Assembly: GCA_039545335.1 (NCBI GenBank) | Contig: BCIN01000001.1 | Location: 3,661,136 to 3,725,135 of the forward strand | Length of the DNA stretch: 64,000 nucleotides | Direction of reading: 5' to 3' | Source: Kondoa subrosea | Lineage: Eukaryota | Part shown: positions 26,077 to 37,649 of the stretch, piece by piece | How the letters are laid out: each line of letters starts with the position of its first letter | How positions within the stretch are numbered: the stretch's first letter is position 1 | The notes under the pieces: model-generated | What the model saw: the letters and a program-made list of their open reading frames with translations, nothing else | Database searches by the model: none | Told to the model about the DNA's origin: nothing | Program-made: the position numbers and the translations under genes

Positions 26077-26530
26077 AATTCAACCAAGCCTTGGCCAGTC
26101 ACTTCTGTTCGATCGAGTCGGTAAGCATTGTTTGCTGCTTTCGCCATGACAGTTGGCTTATGAGCATTACATTTGACTTACAGATTGCCGTATATTATTC
26201 TGTATCCACACTCATATATATCAAAACAATGCACAATTTTGTCAAGGAGGTTTATTGCCTCGTACGCCTTTGCTTCAACGAGCCGCGCCATGTGCATGTC
26301 ATATGTATCGGTATCGATATGCTGTCTATCTCTTCATTACTGTCACCTGCACTTCCTCAAATTACTGAACCGTTTCACTTCCTTGATTGATCTATAGCTT
26401 CTACACTGAACCAAAATCAGGTGTGTGTTTCTATTCTTCGAGCGACAGCAACCTACATCTACTCGAAGCGCCGGTTCCCCTCTCTTCGTTGCTAATTGAC
26501 ACCCTTCTTAAGACAGATTCCTTTCACTTC

Positions 26531-27028
26531 TCACTGTTTCAAAGTATCCACAATCATCTTCATACATTCCGCAAACACTTCTCTATCCAACTGCATAGCT
26601 TTCCCCTCATCCTTTTCCTTTTTCCTCGAATCAATTAATCCTAAACCAAGTACTACCGCTTTCTTCTCTTCCCCTGCAGCAGCAGCATCACTACCTTGTA
26701 TTTCATTAAAAATAGCTGCTATTTGATTAGCATACAATTGATGCAAGAGTCCTAATTCTTCAGATGAGGTTGATCCTAATAAAGGTGTGATCCGAGCTGA
26801 TAGAGGTTTAGGTAAGATTAAACCGTTAGATAAAGGTGGATTAGATCTTGTACTAGTAGAAGTATTGGATGTAGTAGAGGACAGATGTATGTCGTACAAG
26901 GTTCCAATTTTGCCTTGCAATTGGGTAAGTAGAATCAAAGTCCGGTCTGAATAATGCTGGACGAGGAGTTCAGTGTGTTGGGAATGGATGAGCGTGCAAG
27001 CTTGTTGCGTTCTGATTGGATGTGCCAT
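26531..27028 (-). CDS. Proteasome assembly chaperone 3 (PAC3/PSMG3) family
   Basis: TELLVQHYSDRTLILLTQLQGKIGTL, ITPLLG, LHQLYANQIA and VVLGLGL motifs. A short extra 3' exon is possible. Confidence 0.8.
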   Translation of the reverse strand: MAHPIRTQQACTLIHSQHTELLVQHYSDRTLILLTQLQGKIGTLYDIHLSSTTSNTSTSTRSNPPLSNGLILPKPLSARITPLLGSTSSEELGLLHQLYANQIAAIFNEIQGSDAAAAGEEKKAVVLGLGLIDSRKKEKDEGKAMQLDREVFAECMKMIVDTLKQ

Positions 27029-27209
27029 ACTGAAAACCAGGTTGGATGGCGGTAATGAAAGACAGCCCGCGATAACTTACAATGTCGAGCTAAATGACGC
27101 GCCATATCGAACAGCTTCACAACAAGCTATGCAATGCTAACACGTTCTTAACGAAATCACGATTACTGTACAATGTTTGTCCACTATGAGATATGCGAGT
27201 ACTAACTAA

Positions 27210-28798
27210 TCAGACTTCTGGGTTAAGCAGTTTGACTAGACCGAATGAAGCTGCAGCTGCTGATCCTCCCACCAGCAGAGTAGATACGGCGCTTTTGGTA
27301 TATCCGCTGAATCCAATTTGGCCGCCAGTGAAATAAGCCTTGAAGCTGTACATTGGTATCACAAGTATCAGATGAATTCTGAACAGCAACATCCTAGCGC
27401 ACCAGCCAAAGACCAAAAGCACGATTGCTGTTATTCCAATTGACCAGAATAGTCCAATTCTCGCGTCGTGAATGAAGAAATAAGGTAGAATTGGTATCAG
27501 GCCTATCAAAACTGATCAGTAAATTTAGTGAGACAGAGAAGGTGAAGCTTACCGCCGAAGAAGTAGCCTCCTGCTATTGTAAGTGCAGAGATCTGATTTA
27601 CATAGAATCAGCGTTGAAGTGTATGAGGATGAAGCGGGACCCACCCATAATCTGCTGGTCGGCACATCTTCCAAGCCTTCACCAAATTTCAATAGGAACG
27701 CCGTCATACCAACATCGCTTGACCCAACTTTCAACCGTTGATGTTCCATATCCCCATTTTTACCGCTATTACTTCTAGCCATCTTCCTCATTAAACCTCT
27801 AATAAAACTTTCCTCACTTCCACTCTCCCTACTACTTGTCGAAGAAGGGACAGAAGGGTTGTATTCGCTCTCCACTTTCAACAAAGCACCTGAAACTCTT
27901 CTAGAAACAGGTTGTTCAATACCTAAAGGTCCAAGAATCTCTTGAACTTCTCTTTCCATTTCTCCTGCGCAACTTCTTTGTACTCTTGCGTGAGTAGCGG
28001 CTTTTAGGTACAGATAATGAGATTGTTCTGCTTCTGCCGATAAGAAACCACCAACGCCCTGGTTGAATTATGAGCATTGCTGAATAAATGTAGAGGAAAG
28101 GAGGGGAGATCACCATTGAGATTGCACCGGAAACCAATTCAGCTAACCCTGCAATGATTACTATTCGAGAATCCGATAATGCTGAAAGACCAGCGCAGAC
28201 TATTCGATCAAATTGAATGAGTGAAGTATGAGAAAGAAAGTCTCCAAAATTGACTTACGTGCGAAAGGTACACATAGACCATCACTCAGGCCAATGATGA
28301 GATCTCGGACGATATCTGTCGAATAACAACCTGCATCCAGCTAATTTCTAGCAAGAACCAGGTAATTACTGACCTGGGTCGACAAGATGTCTTTCATCTT
28401 CTCCTTTCAATTCCCTAATCTCCACGGATGAGCTTGATGACGGAACGAATCTGATTGGCTCACCTGCAGCACACTTTATCTTCACGGTTATGTTGCGCAC
28501 AAAGAGCAGCTAAAGGAACATTCGGCGTATCTGTCTCTTCTCCTCTTTGTATGGACCAAACTGGAGCATGACCTTCAACACCATGCAGATCTTTCCTCTT
28601 TGGCAGTTTCACGGATTTGGTTTTAGACGAAATCAAAGGAGTAGATTCTGTTGCTTGGATAGTAGGAGATAGAGTAGAAGTGGAAGCTACAGGTTGATCT
28701 GCCGAAGTAGGAATTGCGACTTCTGTTGGCATTGTAGCAGAAGTGGGTGAAGATGCTGCTCTTGGGACAAAGGAAGCCGCTGTTGCTCTCAAAGACAT
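27210..28798 (-). CDS. CCC1: Vacuolar iron/manganese transporter CCC1/VIT1
   Basis: VRDLIIGLSDGLCVPF, GLAELVSGAISM|GVGGFL, GMTAFLLKFGEGLE, GLIPILPYFF and LLVGGSAAAASFG. An upstream in-frame ATG at 28873 is possible. Confidence 0.93.
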
Positions 28799-28970
28799 GG
28801 CGTGATACCTGGTGTAGCAGTAATGGGGTCTTGTACGAGACTCCCGAGGTAAAGAAGGAGAATTCTGATTCATGCTTCAAATTTTTGTAAGTTTCGTGAT
28901 TTCGAATTTTCGGGTCGGAGATTTGAGGGAAGCGCTTCTCTCTCTTTTCATAACAATTTCAACACCAGCT

Positions 28971-30714
28971 ATGTCTTTCCAAGCTCCCATTTTCAAGCAG
29001 TACACTATGGCCAGCGTCTCGGATAAGCTGGACTCAGCGAAATCTGCTGCAGTAGACGCCAAAAGATCAGTTCAAGGAACTCTTGTGAGGAGCTTTCATC
29101 TTTATCAGACAAGGACCACAGGCTGAGATCCACGCCGGTAACAGGCCTCTGTACCTCATTCCCCTGTCCCACCACCACCAACAGGTTTGTTCAAATTTCG
29201 CAGAGAGGAAGAGCTTTTCGAGGGCAGAAGGCTGATTTACATTTTGTAACGATTGCAGGAGCTGGTCTCTATGCTCGTTTCGCTTTCGCCGGTATGTCTT
29301 ACTATCTCAGCTTGATAATTCCATGGCTCACGTCTTGGGATTAACAGGTGCCGTGTGCTGTGCGGTCACTCACGGTGCTCTGACGCCCGTCGATGTCGTG
29401 CGTCTCGCTGAATCGCCTGCTCTATTATATGAGCTGAGGATGAGCGTTGTGTATAGGTCAAAACCCGCATGCAATTAGAACCCGAAGTATATAACAAGGG
29501 TTTCATTGGTGGATTCCGTCAAGTGATTGCTAAAGAAGGAGCTGGCGCTTTGCTCACCGGTTTCGGTCCTACCGCTGCTGGTGAGTTTGAGAAGCGTGTT
29601 GCTGATACAGCTTCAATTGACTTCTCTACCTCGCAGGTTATTTCCTGCAGTCCGTCGAGTTCCTATTCAAATCATGCGAGCAGACTGACAATTGAACAGA
29701 GGAGCCTTTAAATTCGGAGGTTACGAGTTCTGGAAGAAGACTTTCATTGATGCCGTCGGCGTCGACAAGGCTTCAGATTACAGAGCACCTATCTGTATGT
29801 CCCACCCTTCAAACAACGAACTCGAGCTAATTGCAGACGAACAGACCTTGCATCCGCTGGTATCGCGTAGGTCGCGACACAAAGAGATTTGCATGCGTGC
29901 TAATAATCTTTTCGGGTCTCGCCTACAGCGAATTCTTCGCCGATGTCAGTCTTTTCCATATCTATCACCTGGTACGCCTTATAGACCCTAATCACAGGTC
30001 GCCCTTTGCCCTCTTGAAGCCACTCGTATTCGTCTAGTATCGCAACCTGATTTCGCTTCCGGTCTTGTTTCTGGCTTCAGCCGTATTCTGAAACAAGAAG
30101 GTGTTGGCGCCTTCTACGGAGGTTTCGTTCCAATCCTCTTCAAGCAAATTCCATACACCATGGCCAAGTTCGGTGTATACGAAGCCGTTTTCGAACAAAT
30201 GATTGCAGCTACTGGCAAGACTAAGGAACTGCTCGCTCCTTCTACTTACACTTCACTCAACTTGGCTTCCGGTTTGATTGCCGGTATGGCCGCTGCTATC
30301 ATTTCTCAACCGGCAGACACTATGTTGTCCAAAGTCAACAAAACTAGAGCTGAACCTGGTCAAGGCATGATCTCCCGTTTGTCAGCTATTGGAAGCCAAC
30401 TTGGAATGAGAGGATTGTTCGCTGGTACTGGTGCTCGTTTGGTCATGATTGGGTCAGTTTCCGCCTTGAGGACTGCAAACTGATTCACTGATATTGCTGC
30501 AAATTGACAGAACACTCACTGCAGGTCAAGTTAGTATAGTGATATCTTTGCCTTGGACGATTCTGACTCCAAGTACAGTTCGCCATATACGGAGATATCA
30601 AGAAAGCCCTTGGAGCTACCAACGGTGGTAAGTTCGAATACCGTGTACATTTGATCGAGCTCAACCATTCGCTATATAGTCGAAATCATGAAGGTCAAGA
30701 AGATCGCAGCGTAA
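28971..30714 (+). CDS. MIR1: Mitochondrial phosphate carrier, MIR1-type (many micro-exons)
   Basis: [76 protein letters not shown] and SQPADT carrier signatures. Confidence 0.95.
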
Positions 30715-31098
30715 AGCTCTATAGTCTGCATAGACGAAAACATCTAGCGAAGGATTCGTCGCGTAATGGTGAAGAGGTAATAGGAGAGGGAGGAAAAGTA
30801 GGTATACGTATACGATTAGACATGTGCTTTATCGCCTTTTGTTTTATTGCAAGGCTGCCTGTTTCGCATCTCAATCCCCTTTCTTCATCTCTTGCGCTCT
30901 CTTTGGATGTTCCTTTTGCACTGTCTGTTTCTTTGATGGAGTCTTAAGTAGAGCCCGTTCTAGTCAGTTATACGCTATGTGACAAGGATGTGATCGCATG
31001 ATTGAATATCTGTTTCCCCTTCACTTCCTTCTATATGCTCTCAATTCTGGGCATTGTCTTTTCCCCTGACCTCTGTTGCTTCTTGCAGCAGTCATCGT

Positions 31099-32126
31099 TC
31101 AGGATTTGGCCGCTGATATGTAGACCAAGTAGGAGTGCTGGATAAATCTGTCAGGTCAAATCACGCATCGAAACGTTTTCGAAGAACTCACTTGAGTAAG
31201 TAAGACAAGCTTGATCGTCTTTGCATCTCTTGCTGGCTTTCATCACCGTCCATCATATGTGTATCTTCCATTGAATTACCATCGATCATGCGTTCGGGTG
31301 CTGGCGATAAACTGCTTGACATGGAAGCACGATTCGAGCTGGCTCGAGAGGTTGACTGAGAGCGTAGATCGTCGCTTTTTGGTAGAGCCATTGGATCATA
31401 ACCGAATGCAGTAGTGAAGTCCTGGACGGAGGATCAGGCCAGATGAAGGAAAGATATGACAGAGAGAAGGCAGCGTACGTGAAGATCTGTAATATGTTGC
31501 ACTGCTTTGTTCAGGACGGTACTCTTACTGTCCGTTACAATCACGTCCGGTACGAGAGTACGAATTTGATCAACTGAGGACATGATCAGCAGTGCACTTG
31601 CGGTGTAGGAGAAAACTTGCACCCCTGGTTAATATCTTCTCTACGCTTCTTTTCACTATCTATATGTGCCTGCTCGTATGGGTTAAGCACTGCCTAGACA
31701 CGTATAGCTTCAATGTCTCACCTGACGTCTGCTGGGACTTCTCCGCCTGCTTGTTGTACGCTCTGAAGGTCTGATCGGATCAGCTGATCTTGTCAAAGGT
31801 AGAGTCGATTGTGCTCGAGACTCGTATGATATGCCTCGCAGAGTTGAAAATTCTGAAGGTGATGAGAGAGATTGACGTCGAACAGGAGGTATCAATTGAG
31901 GAGATAGAGGGAGGTTGTAGTGGCTTGGCTGATCTGCAGGAGGTTGGATTGCTGGAACATTGAACTGCGACAGATCGCTGCGTTGCGAGCTTGAAGATGA
32001 AGGTCGCGCTAACAAGGTGTAAGCATGACAATGAAGCATCTTAGAATTTGACAGACAAGAAGAGGAGAAAGAAGAGGCTCCGCTATCAAACAAGGAATTG
32101 ACGCTTGATCTTCTGCTTGGATACAT
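31099..32126 (-). CDS. bHLH transcription factor (3' end approximate)
   Basis: Spliced HIDSEKKRREDINQG|.DQIRTLVP....SKSTVLNKAVQHITDL is a canonical bHLH domain. Confidence 0.82.
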
Positions 32127-32664
32127 CTCTTGTACAGATACTGGAGGAGCAAGGGAAAGAAAGGAGAGACCGCGCAGGGTTTTCGCATCTCGCGATAAAG
32201 GCAATCACCTCAAACCTAGTTTTGCTTGTCTAAAGTCAAGAAAATTGGATAGTGCTGGTTGCATGTGTGCAGCTGTCATAAGCAGGCCTTTAACGCAAAG
32301 TACGCGGAGCAAAAAATAGAGTTTGAATTGCAGCAGAAAGACGAGAATTGTCAGGCGAGACACAATTATACTAGTAGAATCTACGCACGAACAGGCAAGA
32401 CTGTTCCACGGGGCCTATCATCGGAAGCCAAGGAAATACGGCAGACACGGAAAGACTTGAGAAGTAAGATCGCATAAATGCTCAGAACAAATCTTGCTGT
32501 TCATACTTGCTTCTGCAATCAGTGAGAAGACTAGAGAAACTGAAGAGGATTCTGAACAGCGAGAGCAGATACTGCAGCGCTGCACTCGACAGCCTTTTGA
32601 CGGCATCTACAGCCTACGAGGCAGACCAAAGGGAATATGCTGTTAAGCGAGAACAGCGAGGCGA

Positions 32665-34513
32665 ATGTCAAATCCATTAGTCAGAGAGCGACTGGTGCCA
32701 GCTACAAAGAGGCCGGCGTCTTCAACCAGCACTGGCAGTCCGCCGTCTTTGAGCAAGCGGCGCAAACGGAACGACAATTCATCTCAAGATTTCTCTGATT
32801 CTCGAATCGCTATAGCTGCAGTGAGAAGTGAAGCTGCAAGCAGCGGTACACCCTATCTGTCAACGAAATCCACAAATGGAATGCTTTCATCGGTACCTTC
32901 GTTGGTGTCTGCCTGTCTTCGCAAAGCTTCTTCTTCTGCTCGAAACCTATATGCAAATGCTTCCGGCGATGGTCTCAAGCGAGACGTGCAGTATGAACGG
33001 GAAATCTTGCATTGTCTACCCTCACATCTTGCTGCTCGGCTCTTCCAAAGTACGCTCGAGAGCCTCGTCTTCGTTACAGAAGCTTTGAAGGACGACGAGA
33101 ACGTCAAGGCAGAGGTTCATGAAAATCAATCTACCGCTAAACAAGCGGGATCGACCCTTCTAGCAGAAGTCATTCGTCTCTTTCTTCATCCTGCAATTTC
33201 CTCTTTCGTTCTGCCACCAGCTGTAGCAAACAACTTTCAGATCACGGCTCAGATCCAGCGAGATCTGATGTCAATGGGATCTTCTCTGACTATCCTCAAT
33301 CTCACAGCGCAAAAGCAAATTTCTGATAAGACTATGGCTAGCATACTACAGCAGCTACCTTGCCTAGAAGAACTAATCTTACGAAGCTGTACACTAGTCG
33401 GAGATCAAAGCGTCATCAAAGCATCCTCAATCGCGCCTAACCTCCGTGTCGTCAATCTCAATTATACAGCAGTAACCGCCGCTGGCCTGTCCTCCCTTAT
33501 CGCTTTATCAGCCAAGCTTTCTGTATTGAAGCTCGCCAATGTCCCGGCGTTGACAGATCAAGCAATTGACCGAATTATCAGTCATGCTAATCAGACAGCT
33601 AGTTTTCCACCTCTTGCAAACCTGATCTGCCTCAAGCTTCGGTCTACACTGGTCTCTGATGTCGGAATTGGTCGTATTCTAGCTCTAGCTACCAAATTGG
33701 AACGGCTAGATATCTCTTTCACCCAAATGCGAACGCTCGATTTCCTCTCCACTTCTTTCTCTTTACACCGTCCGACATTTACAAAGCTACTATTATCCGG
33801 CCTCACACTCAAAAGAGGTTCTCTCAATAAGCTTTTCAAATCCCTTCCGTCAAGTCTTAGAATTCTCAAACTCGGTTCAATGGGTCAAGCAGCTGCCAGT
33901 ACCCGTTTCTCGGGCGAAGCCGATCAATTGGATCCTTCTTCCCTCAAAGTCCTGACTCAAGCGCTGCAAGGATTGAAATTGGAAAGTTTGGGTTTAGGTA
34001 GTAATCCAAGGTTATTAAATCACGTTGGCGAGGCTAGGAAGTTGTTGGCGAATGTAGGAAGAAATTCGAGAATTCTAGATTTGAGCTATTCTATCAATTC
34101 GGCTAGCAAGCATGCGAGGTTGGATGCAGGGATTCTGGAAGGTCTGCTAGGACTCCAAGAGGATCTATTACCTGGTCAAGAAGGGAATTGGAGACCCAGT
34201 CGAGTGGAAGTGCTACTGTTGGATGGAGCGAGGATAGAAGACGATTGCTGTGAAGTCTTAGGGCAGTTGCAGAATTTGGAAAGCTTGCATTTGAAGAACT
34301 CTAGATTGACCGGTCAGCTTACTCCTCTTATCAGAAAGCCAGCTAATACTGAGTCTTGCTGGTATAGTTGAAGGTCTTTCGAGTATATTGGAATCCTGCA
34401 AGAAGCTTCATACGTTGGATCTCAGCGGTTGTCGGGGGATACCTACACATTGGCGCAGAGATGCATTCAAGATCTTCGAGGCCGGCGAACTTCATCAACC
34501 AGAATCGGATTAG
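32665..34513 (+). CDS. RNI-like leucine-rich-repeat protein
   Basis: 568-aa ORF with repeated LxxLxL units (LEELILRSCTLVGD, LRVVNLNYT, LERLDISFT), NLS-like KRRKR and VPSL...C motif. Final exon LHTLDLSGCRGI to TAG at 34513. Confidence 0.85.
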
Positions 34514-34991
34514 CAAGAGAAGGCATACTGCGTTGATTTGAAGTATAGGTGAAAGGAACAGCGCATGGTGAATGGCATTCAGTTGTGGACAGACTGGACC
34601 AAGTGCATGCTGGTGAGTCGTTGCGCCTCCAAAATACTTCTTTGGTCTGATACCGTAAAAGAATGCTGGCTGGCCAGATGTAATGAGGCTCTCGCATCAT
34701 AGCGCCTCACAGTCACTCGCATAGTCACTGATACACTAAAGTGCGTGTGCCCGCGTAGGCTCTTTCAAAACACGCGTAATTAGACACGCGCTTTTTGAAA
34801 AGCAACGTTTATCTCGTTCGAGCCGTTTGTTCGGTTCTTTGCCTCTTGCTCGTTGCAGCTCTTCTTTTCCCATACTTCCATACCCTTCACTTACCAACCG
34901 GTTTACCTCACACGCCTGGAGCGAGGCCCTAGTCGCTTTTACTTGACACTTCATACTTTCAATTCCCATTTACACTTCCCACACTTACAAG

Positions 34992-37369
34992 ATGCGCGTC
35001 GTTCTATCACTCATTGCACTGGCTGCAAGCACTGTCCTTGCCACAGGACCGGAGGTTGGTCGTGTAGTCGCTTCCCAAGTCAAGAGTACCATCGCAAAGT
35101 GGGCTCAATCCCGAGCAATTCACGCGTTGACTGAGCCAATTGTGCAAACAGTGATGCTGCTGGTGTAATCAAGGCTTTCTCGGGGACCCTTCCGCCTGAA
35201 GTTTTGTCCTTGGTCGATACTGCTCTCAATATCACTGTTCTTCAGAATCTGGTGAGACTCCCTCAGACACTTCACCTGACAGAACTGACGATAGAGCAGA
35301 GCGGTGTGACTAATGGTACTCAACTCGATACTCTGTCCTCGATGGTCTCAGAAAAGATGTCGGAAATCGAAGGTTCGTTCAGCTATCCCAGTACTATATG
35401 CAATGCTCATATCTCTTCCAGCCACCGTTCATGCTGGCTTCACAAACAGCACTTTCTACGGTCAAGACCAGGGAGCCAGCTTCAGCGATCTTCGCAAATG
35501 CATTGCTGACGTTGTCAAGAATGCCGGCACAGCATCTGGACAAAAGTGCCTTACTATGAACAACACGGCAGCTCTCTCAGATGTTAAGCAAATCTTCAAG
35601 AACATGGTTGATCAATATGCTTTCCAAATTCCCATGAACACTGCTATGACCCTGAAAGACAAAGTCGACACTTATCTTTCCAACTCGTCACTCATTCCTG
35701 CTGCTCAAGAACTTGTTCGCGATGTTCAGGATGCAACCTATTCTGTAGCTGCTACTGCCAACGCGGAACATGTTCAAGCACTTTACTCAGCTGAGGCTTG
35801 TTTCTTCGAAGGTGCGAAGATTCGCTAGTGTGATATCGATTAATGCTCATTCACTTACTCTTGCAGCTCTCGCTCAACCTGTCTACACCAAGGCTTACGA
35901 ATATCAATGTAATGCCGGAACCGTCGAGGACAAAGACAGCACTCTCGACAATGTTGGCGACATGTGAGTACTTCGTGGTTTGTAGAGATACTCAAGCTGA
36001 TTACGAATGATTTCAGCTATCGCGCAACCGTCAATCAATATGCTGGGTATGCTCATCATCAAAGTGTTTACTTTTTATCTGATGCCCTGCCAGTGTTCTA
36101 CCACCGGAAATCGTTCAAGATATCGTTAGTTCTATATAAACACCACAGAAGCTTGGATGCTGACTATTCTTTGCAGCAAGATATTGGTACCAATTACTTG
36201 TCCAAAAATATCAGCAAAGTCGACAACCAGACTCGCAACGATGTCAATGCCGCTGTACTCAGCGTCGTGGCTTCCACTTCAGGCAACACAGCTACTCTCA
36301 CGTACCAACTGCTTGATTGCCTGGACTTGGTTCTTATCCCTGGTGCTGGAAACGCTACAACTCAACAAGCTTGTTTAAACTCTCCTACCGGTGTAGCTGC
36401 TTCGCGATTGAACATCATCAATGGCTACATTCAGCAATTGTAGGCTAATGCTTTATTGTCCTGTTAAGCTCAGCGCGCTGAATCTTTCTCAATCTAGCTA
36501 TGGCGTTCTTCCACCGAAACTTGTCCTGAATATGAGAGACAACGTTACTAGCGCTTTGGCAAACGATACTTCTCCCAGCGCTCAGAAAGTCAAGGCTCAT
36601 CTTGAAGAGCTCTTCAAAGCTTCCGCTGCGTGAGTTCATCTTAGTCTACATGTAGGAACTCTAGCTAAAATTTTCTCACTTGCGCAGTGGTCCAGAATAT
36701 GTCAGCTGCTACGAAAACTTTGAATCCTGCGTGATCAACGCTGTGGGCAACACGACCGCTTCTTCCACTTGCGCGATGGGACCAGCCTGCAAAGCCCTTC
36801 CTTTCCAACTCACTCTAGTCGATACTACTTCTCCTTACGCAGCAGCTGTTGCGGCTGCGAAGAAAGCACAAGATTCAGGCAAAACTAAAGATTCCCAAAG
36901 AGTTTCAGCATTGACTGCTGCTGCTAAAGCTGCCAAGCAGAACGCAAATGCTGCTCAAGTTGCTGTGAAGCCTTCTAAGAATGTACCAAAGAAGATGGTG
37001 AGATGTTTGCCCATATCGGATTAATGATTTGGGAAAACTGATGTGTGTTTTTAATAGGCCAAGCCAAAGACTTTGAAACCTGTTAAGAAGACTTCACCTG
37101 CCACAAACAAGAAGTCTAGCGGTAGCAAGAAGACCAAAGCTGCAGCTAAAGGCAAGAGTGGCAGCGGTTCACTGCGAAAAGGCAAAGGACAAAAAGCAGC
37201 ACCTAAATCGAAAGCCAAGACTAGTTCTCTCACTCACGGCAGCAAGAAATCCTCAAAGAAGGGCAAACACCTCAAATTCGATCACAAAGGCTCTATGCAA
37301 AAGACTCCTAAGCATCATGACGCAGTAGCTAAAGTAGCCGCCCTTTTTGCTTGCAGTGCACCGCAATAA
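34992..37369 (+). CDS. Uncharacterised secreted protein with about four internal Cys-containing repeats and a Lys-rich C-terminal tail
   Basis: Signal peptide MRVVLSLIALAASTVLA. Repeated AFSGTLPPEV / QYAFQIPMNT / QYAGVLPPEI / QFYGVLPPKL after splicing. K/A/S-rich tail. Confidence 0.8.
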
Positions 37370-37649
37370 AGTTGATGTGAGTTGTCGCTTCTTACAGCAT
37401 CACAAGAAAGTTCTTCGCTCAAGTAGAGATGATTCTTTCTAGGTGAGCTCGCGTATATAATGTATGATTGTAGGGATGTCGTTCTTTGTAATTGTGAGAA
37501 GAAGATCAAGAAGAGGAGGAGACATGTAACTTGCTGGACAAGTGTTGCATTGAATGCATGAGATTAAACTCGCGCCGCTCACACCGAGTACTTTGACATT
37601 ATTCATCTGGTCGCTTGCTTTGCAACAACTTCGCATTTCAACTTTCATC

